DNA from: Ignavibacteriota bacterium
Lineage (GTDB): Bacteria > Bacteroidota > Ignavibacteria > UBA10030 > UBA6906
Length of the DNA: 64,000 nt
Assembly (NCBI GenBank): GCA_963801355.1
Contig: CAWDEM010000008.1
Location: 2,816,001 to 2,880,000, forward strand
Direction of reading: 5' to 3'
Shown: positions 26,460 to 36,408 of the stretch, one piece after another
Position numbering within the stretch: the first letter of the stretch is position 1
Layout of the letters: every line of letters begins with the position of its first letter
The notes under the pieces: model-generated
What the model was told of the DNA's origin: nothing
Database searches by the model: none
The model's input: only the letters and a program-made list of their open reading frames with translations
Position numbers and translations under genes: made by a program

Positions 26460-27583
26460 TGCTTGTTCAGGAGAGCGTGAATTTTTCCCTCGAGGCTTCT
26501 ATGCAGCCCGTCGAATGACTTTTCGAAGGATGCGACTCCCTCGGCCTCGAGACGGTCCAGCACTTCATCCATGCGTATTCCTGCTTCTGCGAGCGCCTGG
26601 AGCACCGAGGCCGCTTCCCAGGGATCGGACTCAATTGACAGGCGGGGGCTGCAATGATCCAGAATCGCATCAAAGGTCTGCGGGGGAACCGTATTGACGG
26701 TAAACGGACCGATGAGCGGTTCGACATACAGCAGATCGCTGTACGCCGGGTTCTTTGTTCCGGTGCTTCCCCACAGGGGTCGCTGGAGCGCGGCCCCCTG
26801 CTTCTGCAATGCGGCAAACCGGGGCGAGCCGAACACCTCCTTAAAGGCCTGATAGATAGCCTTTGTGTTTGCCACCGCAGCTTTCCCCGGGAGACGCGCG
26901 ATGCCCGCGGCACCGGCGCCCCGCGTGAGCCGTTCTTCAAGCAGGGCATCCACCAGCGTATCGATACGGCTGACAAACACGCTCGCCACAGAGGCAACAT
27001 GACTCACCGAACCGCCCGCCTGCAGCCGTCGCTCCAGCCCCGTCATATATGCATCGGCAACCTGGCGGTACCGTTGTTCGGAAAAGATCAGCGTCACGTT
27101 GATATTGATGCCTTCGCTGATCGCCTGCGCAACTGCAGGCAGCCCTTCGCGCGTGGCGGGGATCTTGATCATGACATTCGGGCGGTCTACCAGTGCCCAG
27201 AGTTCCCGCACTTCAATCACCGTCGCCGTTTCATCGTGCGCCTTGGTCGGCGTCACTTCGATGCTCACATAGCCGTCCTGTCCGTGTGTCTTCGCGTACA
27301 CAGGTGACAGAACGTCCGCCGCGGCGCGGATATCTTCGACCATGAGAGCGCGGATGACATCCGGCGCCGTGATCCCGGGTGACTGCCGCACGAGAGCAGC
27401 GATCTGGACGTCGTAGTCTTTGCTTCCGGAAATCGCCTTGTCAAAGATTGTCGGATTGGACGTCACTCCCAGCAACCCCTCGTCCACCATCCGCCGGAGA
27501 CCGCCTCCCGTCAGGAGTGAGCGGTTGATGTTGTCGAACCAGATGCTCTGGCCGAGATGGGCCAGCTGATATAAGCGGTTCAT
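26456..27583 (-). CDS. tal: Transaldolase
   Basis: GVTSNPTIF, NVMIKIPAT, SVFVSRID and QRPLWGSTGTKNP. Confidence 0.96.
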   Translation of the reverse strand: MNRLYQLAHLGQSIWFDNINRSLLTGGGLRRMVDEGLLGVTSNPTIFDKAISGSKDYDVQIAALVRQSPGITAPDVIRALMVEDIRAAADVLSPVYAKTHGQDGYVSIEVTPTKAHDETATVIEVRELWALVDRPNVMIKIPATREGLPAVAQAISEGININVTLIFSEQRYRQVADAYMTGLERRLQAGGSVSHVASVASVFVSRIDTLVDALLEERLTRGAGAAGIARLPGKAAVANTKAIYQAFKEVFGSPRFAALQKQGAALQRPLWGSTGTKNPAYSDLLYVEPLIGPFTVNTVPPQTFDAILDHCSPRLSIESDPWEAASVLQALAEAGIRMDEVLDRLEAEGVASFEKSFDGLHRSLEGKIHALLNKQ

Positions 27584-27601
27584 GCACTCCTCATTCCTGA
27601 T

Positions 27602-28051
27602 TCACCGTTGCAGCCGTTCGATATCGATCACCTTCTGCAGACGCCGCACATGGCGGTCTTCATAGGAAAAACTCGCACCGAGGAACACATGCACAAGCTC
27701 CATGGCGAGATGTGTGCCGACCACGCGGGAACCGAGACACAGGACGTTGATGTCGTCGTGCTCAACGCCCTGGCGCGCAGAATAGGTATCATGGCAGAGG
27801 CCGGCACGGATTCCTTTGATTTTGTTCGCCGCGACACTCGCACCCACGCCGCTTCCGCACACGAGCAATCCGCGATCAGCCTGACCCGCGTTGAGTGCTT
27901 CGCCCAGTATTCTCGCAAAATCCGGATAGTCCGACGGTGTCTCGTCGAAGCACCCGAGATCCCTGACTTCCATCCCTGCCGCTTTGAGCCGTTCCAGGAT
28001 GTACTGCTTCAGCCGGAATCCGGCGTGATCGCCCGCGATTGCCACCTTCAT
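27602..28051 (-). CDS. rpiB: Ribose-5-phosphate isomerase B
   Basis: DHAG, DYPD, CGSGVG and ANKIKGIRA. Confidence 0.97.
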   Translation of the reverse strand: MKVAIAGDHAGFRLKQYILERLKAAGMEVRDLGCFDETPSDYPDFARILGEALNAGQADRGLLVCGSGVGASVAANKIKGIRAGLCHDTYSARQGVEHDDINVLCLGSRVVGTHLAMELVHVFLGASFSYEDRHVRRLQKVIDIERLQR

Positions 28052-30094
28052 GCGATTGCCCTTTTCGCTGCGTCCACGATTGCATCAATCGGTTATCCCG
28101 AAGCCGGTGAACAAGGCTTCGGCCGGCGCCGATGCGCCGAAGGATGACATGCCGACAAATTTCCCCTGCGCGCCAATGTACCGCTCCCACCCCATACGTA
28201 CGCCGGCCTCGATGCCCACACGGGCGCTGATTTCCGGCGGGAGCACGACGTCGCGATAGGCTCGTGACTGCCGTTCAAACAGTTCCCACGATGGCATGCT
28301 GACCACGCGTGCTGAAATGTCCTCCGCGGCAAGACGATCGTACGCCTGCATGGCCAGACCCACTTCCGATCCCGTGGCGATCAACAGCACCTGCGGGTTC
28401 ATCCCGCTTGCCAGAATGTACGCACCGCGTTCAAGATTGTCTGCCGACGCGTACCGGTTACGATCAATCACAGGAACCTTCTGCCGGGTCAATGCAATTG
28501 CCACGGGCCCGTTGCGGTGTTCCAGTGCAAATTTCCACGCGGCGGCGGTCTCGGTGGCGTCTGCCGGCCTCAGAACAACGATACCCGGCATCGCACGCAA
28601 CGACGCAAACTGCTCCACTGCCTGATGCGTCGGACCATCCTCGCCAAGACCGATGCTGTCATGGGTGTACACGAAAATCACGGGATAGTGCGACACCGCT
28701 GCAAGGCGGACCGCCCCGCGCATGTAGTCCAGGAAGACAAAAAAGGTCGCGCCGTAGGGTATCAGCATATCACTCAACGCAATGCCATTCAGGATTGCCC
28801 CCATCGCGTGTTCGCGCACGCCGAAGCGTAGATAACGGCCGGATGGATTGTCACGGCTGAAGTCAATTGCACCTTTGAACCGCGTGTTGTTTGACGGGGT
28901 CAGGTCGGCTGAGCCGCCGATCACGAGGGGCAGCTTTGGCATGATGGCATCTAGCACCTTTCCCTGGGCCTCGCGTGTGGCCATAGGGGTTGCCGGCTCG
29001 AACTTCGGCACTGACGTGCGCCAGATCTCCGTCCATTGCTCGGGCAATTTGCGCTCCGCGGCGCGGGTGAACTCCCGGGCAAGCTCCGGATGGGCCAGTG
29101 CATAGCGTCCGAAGAGCGACTTCCATTCGTCTTCCGCATGCGCACCCCGCGGTACCGCTTCACGGAAATGCGTCAGCACGTCCGCCGGTATGTGAAATTT
29201 CAGCGCGGGATCCCATCCGTAACTCTGCTTCGTCAGCGACACTTCCTCGTCTCCAAGCGGCGACCCGTGTACTTCCGCCGTGTCCTGTTTGTGCGGACTC
29301 CCGAATCCGATGTGCGTCCGGATCTTGATAAGACAGGGACGGTTCTTCTCCGCCCGGGCCGCAATAATCGCCCCTTCGATCGTTGCAAGGTCATTCCCGT
29401 CGCCCCCGACTGTTTGCACGAACCACCCGTATGCCTCAAATCGCCGGGCCACATCTTCGGTGAAGGAAAGGGTCGTAGGGCCGTCGATGGAGATCCTGTT
29501 GTCATCGTACAGGACGATGAGTTTGTTCAATCCGAGATGCCCCGCGAGTGATGACGCTTCGGAGGAGATCCCTTCCATCATGCAGCCGTCGCCGGCGATG
29601 ACATAGGTACGGTAGTCCAGCAGCGGAAACCCCTCGCGATTGAAATACGCGGAGAGGTACCGTTCGGCAATCGCCATCCCGACCGCAGTGGCAATACCCT
29701 GGCCGAGGGGACCCGTGGTTGCTTCGACGCCCGGCGTATGACCGTACTCCGGATGCCCCGGGGTCTTGCTTCCCCACTGCCGGAAATTCTTGATGTCGTC
29801 AAGCGAGAGGTCATACCCGGTCAGATGCAGCAATCCGTACAGGAGCATGCACCCATGGCCGGCGGAGAGCACGAAGCGGTCGCGGTTGGCCCAGCGGGGA
29901 TTTGCGGGGTTGTGCCGCAGATGCCTGGTCCAGAGCGTGTACGCCGCCGGAGCCATTCCCATGGGCATCCCCGGATGGCCTGATCTGGCTTTCTGGATAG
30001 CGTCAATTGCCAGACAGCGCAGCGTTGTGATACTTTGTGCATCGAGTTCAGATTGGTGGGGATGGCGCGGGATAATAGGAGTGTCAGCGGGCAC
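28048..30094 (-). CDS. tkt: Transketolase with a +1 frameshift near 28090 (premature stop at 28085)
   Basis: [25 protein letters not shown] and GEDGPTHQ. The shifted frame continues [13 protein letters not shown] and ends in an ATGA overlap with rpiB. Start uncertain (GTG 30094). Confidence 0.93.
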
Positions 30095-30168
30095 GTTGTC
30101 AGGTCCAGGGGAAATGGGTGTTTGTGGTGGTAACAACTATATCAAAAAACGGAAAAAATGCGAGAGTT

Positions 30169-31839
30169 TCAATTGCCGGAGTGCGAACGGACAAACGCCA
30201 GCAGCCCGAGCGTGGACGCGTCGTGTCCGGACGGTTCGGCCGGTGATGTGATCTCAGCAAGAATCGTCTTCGCCAACTGTTTGCCGAGTTCCACTCCCCA
30301 CTGGTCAAATGAATTAACGGACCAGAGAACCCCCTGCACAAAGATCTTGTGTTCGTACAGTGCAATCAGCGACCCCAGGGTATGCGGCGTGAGCTGTGTG
30401 AACACCATTGTCGTGGTCGGCCGGTTGCCGGGGAACACTTTGTGCGGGAGCAGGCGCTCGAGCTGCTCTCCGGCGACTCCCGCGCGCTGGAGCTCCTGGC
30501 GGGCCTCAGCTTCGGTCTTTCCGCGCATCAACGCTTCAGTCTGCGCAAAGCAATTCGCCAGCAGGATGGCGTGATGATTGCCGATCGGGTTGTGGCTGAT
30601 CACGGGTACGAGAAAATCCGACGGAATAAGTTGAGTGCCCTGATGCAGCAACTGGAAGAACGCGTGCTGGCCGTTGGTCCCGGGTTCCCCCCAGATCACC
30701 GGCCCGGTGGCATAGTCCACCACCGTGCCATCGCGTGTCACCCGCTTCCCGTTGCTTTCCATGTCTGCCTGTTGCAGATAGGCGGGAAACCGGTGAAGAT
30801 ACTGGTCGTACGGCAGGATGGCATGACTGGCGGCACCGAAGAAGTTGGTGTACCAGATCCCGATCAGCGCGAGAATCACCGGAGCATTCCGTTCGATGGG
30901 GCTGGCGCGGAAATGTTCGTCCATCGCATGCGCGCCGGCAAGAAGCTCCTCAAAGCGACCCATCCCCACAGCCAGCGCGATGGGAAGCCCGATCGCGGAC
31001 CAGAGCGAGTACCGCCCGCCCACCCAGTCCCAGAATTCGAACATGTTCCTTGCATCGATGCCGAACCGCTCGACCTCACGAGTGTTTGTCGAAAGTGCCA
31101 CAAAGTGACGGGCAACCCCGGCCTGCGTTCCCCCTCCGGACAGAAACCATTCTTTGGCGGAGTGAGCGTTGGTGAGGGTTTCCTGGGTCGTAAACGTCTT
31201 GGACGCAATAATAAAGAGTGTCGTATCAGCTTCCACCTTTTTGAGTGTCTCGGCCAGGTGCGTGCCGTCAACATTTGAGACGAAGTGCACCCGGAGCGAC
31301 GGCGTCGCATACGCCCGCAACGCTTCAGTGACCATCACCGGCCCCAGATCGGAACCCCCGATACCGATATGGACGACATCGGTGATGCGTTTCCCCGTAT
31401 GACCTTTCCAGGCACCCCCCCGCACCTCCGCCACGAAGGAGCGCATATGCTCCAGGACGGCGTTCACATCGGGCATCACATCCTTCCCGTGGACGTAGAT
31501 CGGGCGGTTGCTCCGGTTCCGGAGCGCGATATGCAACACGGAACGCCCTTCGGTGAAATTGACGGGCTCGCCGGCAAACATCCGTTCGCGCCACTCTTCA
31601 ACCTGCCCCGCACGCGCCATCGCACAGAGGAGTCGCAGCGTCTCTTCTGTCATGATGTGCTTCGAGTAGTCGATGAGGATGTCTTCGAAACGAAGGGAGA
31701 ATTTTCCGAAACGATCCGGATCCGCGCTGAAGAGGTCGCGCATATGGCTCGATGCAAGTGCACGCCGGTGCGCTTCAAGCGCGCGCCAGGAGTCGGCAAG
31801 AGCATGTGGTGGCATGGTGGTCGGGTGCGTAGTGGTCAC
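30169..31839 (-). CDS. pgi: Glucose-6-phosphate isomerase
   Basis: [22 protein letters not shown] and [10 protein letters not shown]. Confidence 0.98.
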   Translation of the reverse strand: MTTTHPTTMPPHALADSWRALEAHRRALASSHMRDLFSADPDRFGKFSLRFEDILIDYSKHIMTEETLRLLCAMARAGQVEEWRERMFAGEPVNFTEGRSVLHIALRNRSNRPIYVHGKDVMPDVNAVLEHMRSFVAEVRGGAWKGHTGKRITDVVHIGIGGSDLGPVMVTEALRAYATPSLRVHFVSNVDGTHLAETLKKVEADTTLFIIASKTFTTQETLTNAHSAKEWFLSGGGTQAGVARHFVALSTNTREVERFGIDARNMFEFWDWVGGRYSLWSAIGLPIALAVGMGRFEELLAGAHAMDEHFRASPIERNAPVILALIGIWYTNFFGAASHAILPYDQYLHRFPAYLQQADMESNGKRVTRDGTVVDYATGPVIWGEPGTNGQHAFFQLLHQGTQLIPSDFLVPVISHNPIGNHHAILLANCFAQTEALMRGKTEAEARQELQRAGVAGEQLERLLPHKVFPGNRPTTTMVFTQLTPHTLGSLIALYEHKIFVQGVLWSVNSFDQWGVELGKQLAKTILAEITSPAEPSGHDASTLGLLAFVRSHSGN

Positions 31840-34034
31840 TGCGCCGGCGCAGTACGCTCCAGCGCTTCGAGCAGGATCGTGGGTGTCAGCACTTCGGGTA
31901 GAACAATGGGTTCATTCGGCCGGCCCGCCGGAAACAGCACATACAGGGGCACTCCCGAACGGCCGAACTTCGCGAGCATGCGGGTGATATCGGGATTGCG
32001 GTTCGTCCAGTCCGCTTTGATGGTCACAATCCCCGACGAGCGCAGTTTCTCCTGCACGCGCCGGTCCGCAATGATGGTCCTCTCGTTCACCTTGCACGTC
32101 AGGCACCATTCCGCGGTGAAGTCAAGAAAGACCGGGCTTCCCTTCTGGAGCCGGGATTCGAGCAGGGGCAGGGAAAACGTTTCCCATGCCACCTCGTCGG
32201 AAGCGGCGGCACCGGTGGAAGATGTCGCGGCCGGCGTTCCCGTGATGGCAGCGCGAGCATCCAGGAGGGCCCCGATGAAAAGGTAATACCCCGACACGAC
32301 GAGAACCGCGGCCACAACCCACGTAGTCCAGACGGCTGCCCGGGAGGCAGTCAATGTCGCAAATCGCCCGATGAGCCAGCATGCAAGGCCGATGACGAGC
32401 AGGAAAGCGCCGGTCCAGATGACTCCCTCCATCCCGAGTTGTTTCCCGAGGATATACAGAAGCCAGAGGAGCGTCGCCATCATCAGAAAACCCATGAACT
32501 GTTTTGCGGTCTCCATCCAGGCGCCGGGTTTCGGCAGAAAGCGCTGCCATGCCGGACGGGCTGTAAGCAGGAGATACGGGAGGGCCATGCCAAACGCAAC
32601 TGCGGCAAAGATCAACAGGATGATTCCTGTGGGTTGGACAAATGCAAACCCGAGGGCGGATCCCAGGAATGGTGCCGTGCATGGCGTTGCCAGAATTGTG
32701 GCAAATACTCCCTCCGCAAATGAGGAGGCATACCCTTTGCCTTTGTCCTGCTCCTGCTGAGCGATCACCGAACTGACGCCGGCAACAGCAGCCCCGGGAA
32801 GCCTGATCTCGAAAACACCGAAGAGACTCAACCCGAACGCAAAGACCAGGGCACTCATGGCGATGACAAATACGGGTTCCTGGAATTGGAAGCCCCAGCC
32901 CACCTGCTGACCCGCCACTTTGAGCATGATGACCAGAAGCGCCAGGGTTAGGAACGATGCCAGTATCCCCAGGGAGAACATCCAGCCCAGCCGCCGCACT
33001 TTCTTCGGTGCGTCGCCCGCCATCTTCACGAGACCGAATACCTTGAGTGCGATGACCGGGAGAACGCAGGGCATAATATTGAGGAGGAGGCCGCCCAGAA
33101 TTGCAAACCCGATGTACACGATCAACGGAACATCTCCCCCTTGCGATTGGACGGTGACGAATTCCCTGTCCAGAGGGGATGCAGAACGGGCTTCAGTATA
33201 GGCGATCTCCAGCCCTTTGCGCACTCCATCGGCGGTCCGGTAGACAACCACGCCGCGGATCTCCCGGGGGGATTCTGTTCCCCCCGGTGCCAGCGGAACA
33301 TGGATTACCGCCTCGTTGGCTGACACGACAGTGATTGTGCGACCGTTGACCGGCACAGTATCAGACGAAGGAAAGAAGTCGGGCACATCAGGGCCCTCGA
33401 GGGTGAGCGGCACACCGGGCACCGGTGTCACCTTCACGCGTAACGTATCCGCCGCCGTTGTCATAGCGACGGCGATATCGCCTGTTTCTTCCGGAGGCCG
33501 TGGGAGTGCATTGCGGTAGTGTTCAATGTGTGCTGCCCCCGGTGAAGGAGCCGGACGCTTACCGAGCGGGAGGCTCAGTGACACCGCGGCACTCCCGGGG
33601 ACGCAGGTATTCTCGCACTCGAGCCACGAGATTTCAGCCTGGATGTTCACCGCTCCACGGGGAGGCAGTGCAGCGGGGAGCTGCATCGTTGCGAGCAACA
33701 TAGTCTCCGTGGAGTATCCGTAGGTCAGCACCTGGCCCGCTTCGATCTTCTTTTCAGGCAAAGGCCACTGGAGCCCGGAGACGACAGTACCTTCGGGGAC
33801 CGTCCAGCGAACCGTGGTTGCAAGTCCGCTCTCACCGGGATTTTTCCAGTACGTATGCCAGCCGGAATCCATGCGGAGGAGAACACCGATGGTAAAGGGC
33901 GATCCCGGCGTTGCCGTAGCAACATCGGCCACGAGGCGTGCGTGGGTGTGGTTGGATGCGGTGACGGCACAGGAGAGAAGCGGCGGAAAGAGCACCGCGG
34001 AGACAATGAAGGCGGGAAGGACAAGGTTCAGCAC
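31836..34034 (-). CDS. dsbD: Thiol:disulfide interchange protein DsbD family
   Basis: [25 protein letters not shown] and WCLTC. Confidence 0.93.
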   Translation of the reverse strand: MLNLVLPAFIVSAVLFPPLLSCAVTASNHTHARLVADVATATPGSPFTIGVLLRMDSGWHTYWKNPGESGLATTVRWTVPEGTVVSGLQWPLPEKKIEAGQVLTYGYSTETMLLATMQLPAALPPRGAVNIQAEISWLECENTCVPGSAAVSLSLPLGKRPAPSPGAAHIEHYRNALPRPPEETGDIAVAMTTAADTLRVKVTPVPGVPLTLEGPDVPDFFPSSDTVPVNGRTITVVSANEAVIHVPLAPGGTESPREIRGVVVYRTADGVRKGLEIAYTEARSASPLDREFVTVQSQGGDVPLIVYIGFAILGGLLLNIMPCVLPVIALKVFGLVKMAGDAPKKVRRLGWMFSLGILASFLTLALLVIMLKVAGQQVGWGFQFQEPVFVIAMSALVFAFGLSLFGVFEIRLPGAAVAGVSSVIAQQEQDKGKGYASSFAEGVFATILATPCTAPFLGSALGFAFVQPTGIILLIFAAVAFGMALPYLLLTARPAWQRFLPKPGAWMETAKQFMGFLMMATLLWLLYILGKQLGMEGVIWTGAFLLVIGLACWLIGRFATLTASRAAVWTTWVVAAVLVVSGYYLFIGALLDARAAITGTPAATSSTGAAASDEVAWETFSLPLLESRLQKGSPVFLDFTAEWCLTCKVNERTIIADRRVQEKLRSSGIVTIKADWTNRNPDITRMLAKFGRSGVPLYVLFPAGRPNEPIVLPEVLTPTILLEALERTAPAQ

Positions 34035-34061
34035 GGATCGCCCGATACCTCGCAGGGCCGC

Positions 34062-34250
34062 TCATGGGTGATCCCCGTCCTGTTCCTCCTTCTTCTTGTC
34101 TTTATCGGGGTCGGGCGGATGAAGAAAATTCGCCTTCCAGCGTTTTCGCGTAAGCAGCACAAAGAAAATGAAGATGAGGAGACCTATGCCCCCGATGAGC
34201 AACAGATTCCACCCCACGAATGATACAGCGTCCGTTTCCGGGCCGATCAT
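34062..34250 (-). CDS. Small single-TM hypothetical protein
   Basis: 62 aa, one hydrophobic helix followed by a charged tail; co-oriented with neighbours. Confidence 0.55.
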   Translation of the reverse strand: MIGPETDAVSFVGWNLLLIGGIGLLIFIFFVLLTRKRWKANFLHPPDPDKDKKKEEQDGDHP

Positions 34251-34323
34251 GGCAGTTCTCCGTAGTAATGCGCAGCTGGATTCCAGTGGAATATAGAGAA
34301 TCGAGGGGGTGGAAGCAAGGCAA

Positions 34324-34908
34324 CTACTTCTTCAGCCACTCTCCCAGCATGGTGGAGATCACGTCAGGAGAGAGCGCGGGGGAGGTGAGCATGCCGTGCA
34401 CGAGTCGTTGGCGCAGGGCTTCATACAAACAGACACCGGCGGCAACGGAGACATTCAGACTCTCGATCATGCCGCGCATCGGGATGATCGCCAGGGCATC
34501 CGCCTGCGCGGCAGCCTCATCGGACACGCCGCGGTGTTCGTTGCCGAGCACGAAGGCGGTCTTGCGCGTGAGGTCGAGGTCATACAGCATCCGCGCCGCC
34601 GGGTCCAACCGCGTCGCGTAGATGGCAAACCCCTCCTCCCGGAGACGGGCATAGCACTCCGCGACCGAGGTGTGCCGGCGATGCAGGACCCATTTGTTCG
34701 CGCTCGAGGAGCTTTTTCTTCCGATGCGCGGGAACTTCTCAATAGTATACAGCAGTTCCACCTGCAACACACCCACCGCGTCACACGTCCGCAGCACCGC
34801 GCTGACGTTGTGCGGGTCATGGATGTTTTCCAGCACCACCGTCAGATCCGGCAGGCGGCGCGTTACTGTCGCGGTAATACGGCCGATGCGGCGGGCGCTA
34901 CGGGACAT
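34324..34908 (-). CDS. trmH: tRNA (Gm18) methyltransferase, SpoU family
   Basis: HDPHNVSAVLRTCDA, GNEHRG and ESLNVSVA. Confidence 0.9.
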   Translation of the reverse strand: MSRSARRIGRITATVTRRLPDLTVVLENIHDPHNVSAVLRTCDAVGVLQVELLYTIEKFPRIGRKSSSSANKWVLHRRHTSVAECYARLREEGFAIYATRLDPAARMLYDLDLTRKTAFVLGNEHRGVSDEAAAQADALAIIPMRGMIESLNVSVAAGVCLYEALRQRLVHGMLTSPALSPDVISTMLGEWLKK

Positions 34909-35788
34909 GGTGTTCCTCCGGATGGAACTGCAGGACGACGATGGCCCCGATCACCACGACCGCGCCCAGCATCTGCAACGGTTGCAGGAATTCTCCAAGG
35001 AACACTGCCGCAGACGCAATAGCCACGACCGGTTCAATCGTACTGGTCAGAATCGCCCGGGACGGCGCAACCCTGCGCAAGCCGGCGAAAAACAGGGAGT
35101 GCGGAATCAGCAACGAAAAGACGGCAAGCAACACCAGCGGCAGAATAACCTCTGTGCCGGGAATCTGTGCAACGAGCTTCCAGGGCGGATTGATCACCAG
35201 CCAGAACAGCGACGCGAATCCGATGGAATACACCGTCATTGTCCAGACGTTTTGCGTGCGGAGAATATCGCGCGTGAAGACCGTCAGAAACGCAAACCCG
35301 ATGATAGATCCGATTCCCGAAAGCAGTGCCAGCGGCGTGATTTTTATCACCCCGGAATCATACCCGCCCACCGCCAGGAAACATCCCAGCAGTGAGAGAA
35401 GGGCGACGAGAATCCTGGGTACGGTGAACCGTTCCTGCCCGTTCCATACCTCATAACCGATCACCAGCAGCGGTGCGGTATACTGGATCAGGATCGCCGT
35501 CGCGACGGTACTCTCTTTGATCGTGTAGTAGTAGGTGAAATTGGTCCCGGCAACGCCGATGAATCCGAGCAGGGCGAATTTCCAGAGGTCGCTCCATGGG
35601 ACGGACAGGACATCGCGGCGGAACAGCACGGCAAAGAGGTACAGCAGCAGAAATGAGACGGTGACCCGCACCTGCACAACCAGTACGGCATCAAGATGGT
35701 AACGGAAGAGGGCCTTTGCTGCCGTGGCGGAGAGACCCCAGAGCATGGCTGCACAGAGAATCATGACGTTAGCCCGGAGGCGGGTCAT
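34898..35788 (-). CDS. EamA/DMT transporter
   Basis: About ten TM segments; ATAILIQYTAP and STIEPVVA. Confidence 0.92.
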   Translation of the reverse strand: MTRLRANVMILCAAMLWGLSATAAKALFRYHLDAVLVVQVRVTVSFLLLYLFAVLFRRDVLSVPWSDLWKFALLGFIGVAGTNFTYYYTIKESTVATAILIQYTAPLLVIGYEVWNGQERFTVPRILVALLSLLGCFLAVGGYDSGVIKITPLALLSGIGSIIGFAFLTVFTRDILRTQNVWTMTVYSIGFASLFWLVINPPWKLVAQIPGTEVILPLVLLAVFSLLIPHSLFFAGLRRVAPSRAILTSTIEPVVAIASAAVFLGEFLQPLQMLGAVVVIGAIVVLQFHPEEHHVP

Positions 35789-36345
35789 GCGGCGGGGGGG
35801 GGTTCGGCGGATGGCGGCGCGTTCGCTTCGTCGGCCTTGCGCCGGTAGTAATCACTCTGCTCGGTGTCTCCGGCGAGTTCGTACAACGCGGCCATGCGCA
35901 GATACAACGGTGCGGGATTCTCGACGTGTGCGAGACCGCACCGGACGAAATCCATCAGAATGCCGAGCGGCGGGATGTTCAGGTCGGGGTCGTAGCAATC
36001 GCACGCATCCAGATACGGGTCGGGTGCGGACGGCCGTAGCAATGCCGCCTTCTGGTAGTAGTACAGCGCAAGCTCGTAATTGTCGTCCGTTGCAGTGGTC
36101 ACCTCAAAGACGCTGGCAAGCCAGAGGTAGACGTCGAATCCGAGATCAGGAAACTCGGACGCAAGCTTTTCGCCGAACAGACGGATTTCGTCCGCGGTCA
36201 GTGACTGATTCCAGAACAGCAGACGGTAGAGCTCAACGTCGTTGATCTGCTGCGTCAGGGCAGATTGGAAAACGTCGAAGATCTCGTTGAAATCTGTGGA
36301 GGTGGAAAAAGTCTTCCGTATGTCGTCAAGGGAATAGAGGTGCAT
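35785..36345 (-). CDS. Hypothetical helical (TPR-like) protein
   Basis: 186 aa, ATGA-coupled to the EamA gene; ALYYYQKAA helical pattern. Confidence 0.75.
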   Translation of the reverse strand: MHLYSLDDIRKTFSTSTDFNEIFDVFQSALTQQINDVELYRLLFWNQSLTADEIRLFGEKLASEFPDLGFDVYLWLASVFEVTTATDDNYELALYYYQKAALLRPSAPDPYLDACDCYDPDLNIPPLGILMDFVRCGLAHVENPAPLYLRMAALYELAGDTEQSDYYRRKADEANAPPSAEPPPAA

Positions 36346-36408
36346 GATGTGACGCGCCAGATGAACGTAAGAAACGGTGTTTTCAAAAGCAACCGGGCCC
36401 GGTTGCAG

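Noticed and set aside
25626-31839. Sugar-phosphate operon as a novelty
   Set aside because: Ordinary central-metabolism genes; only the tkt indel is notable.
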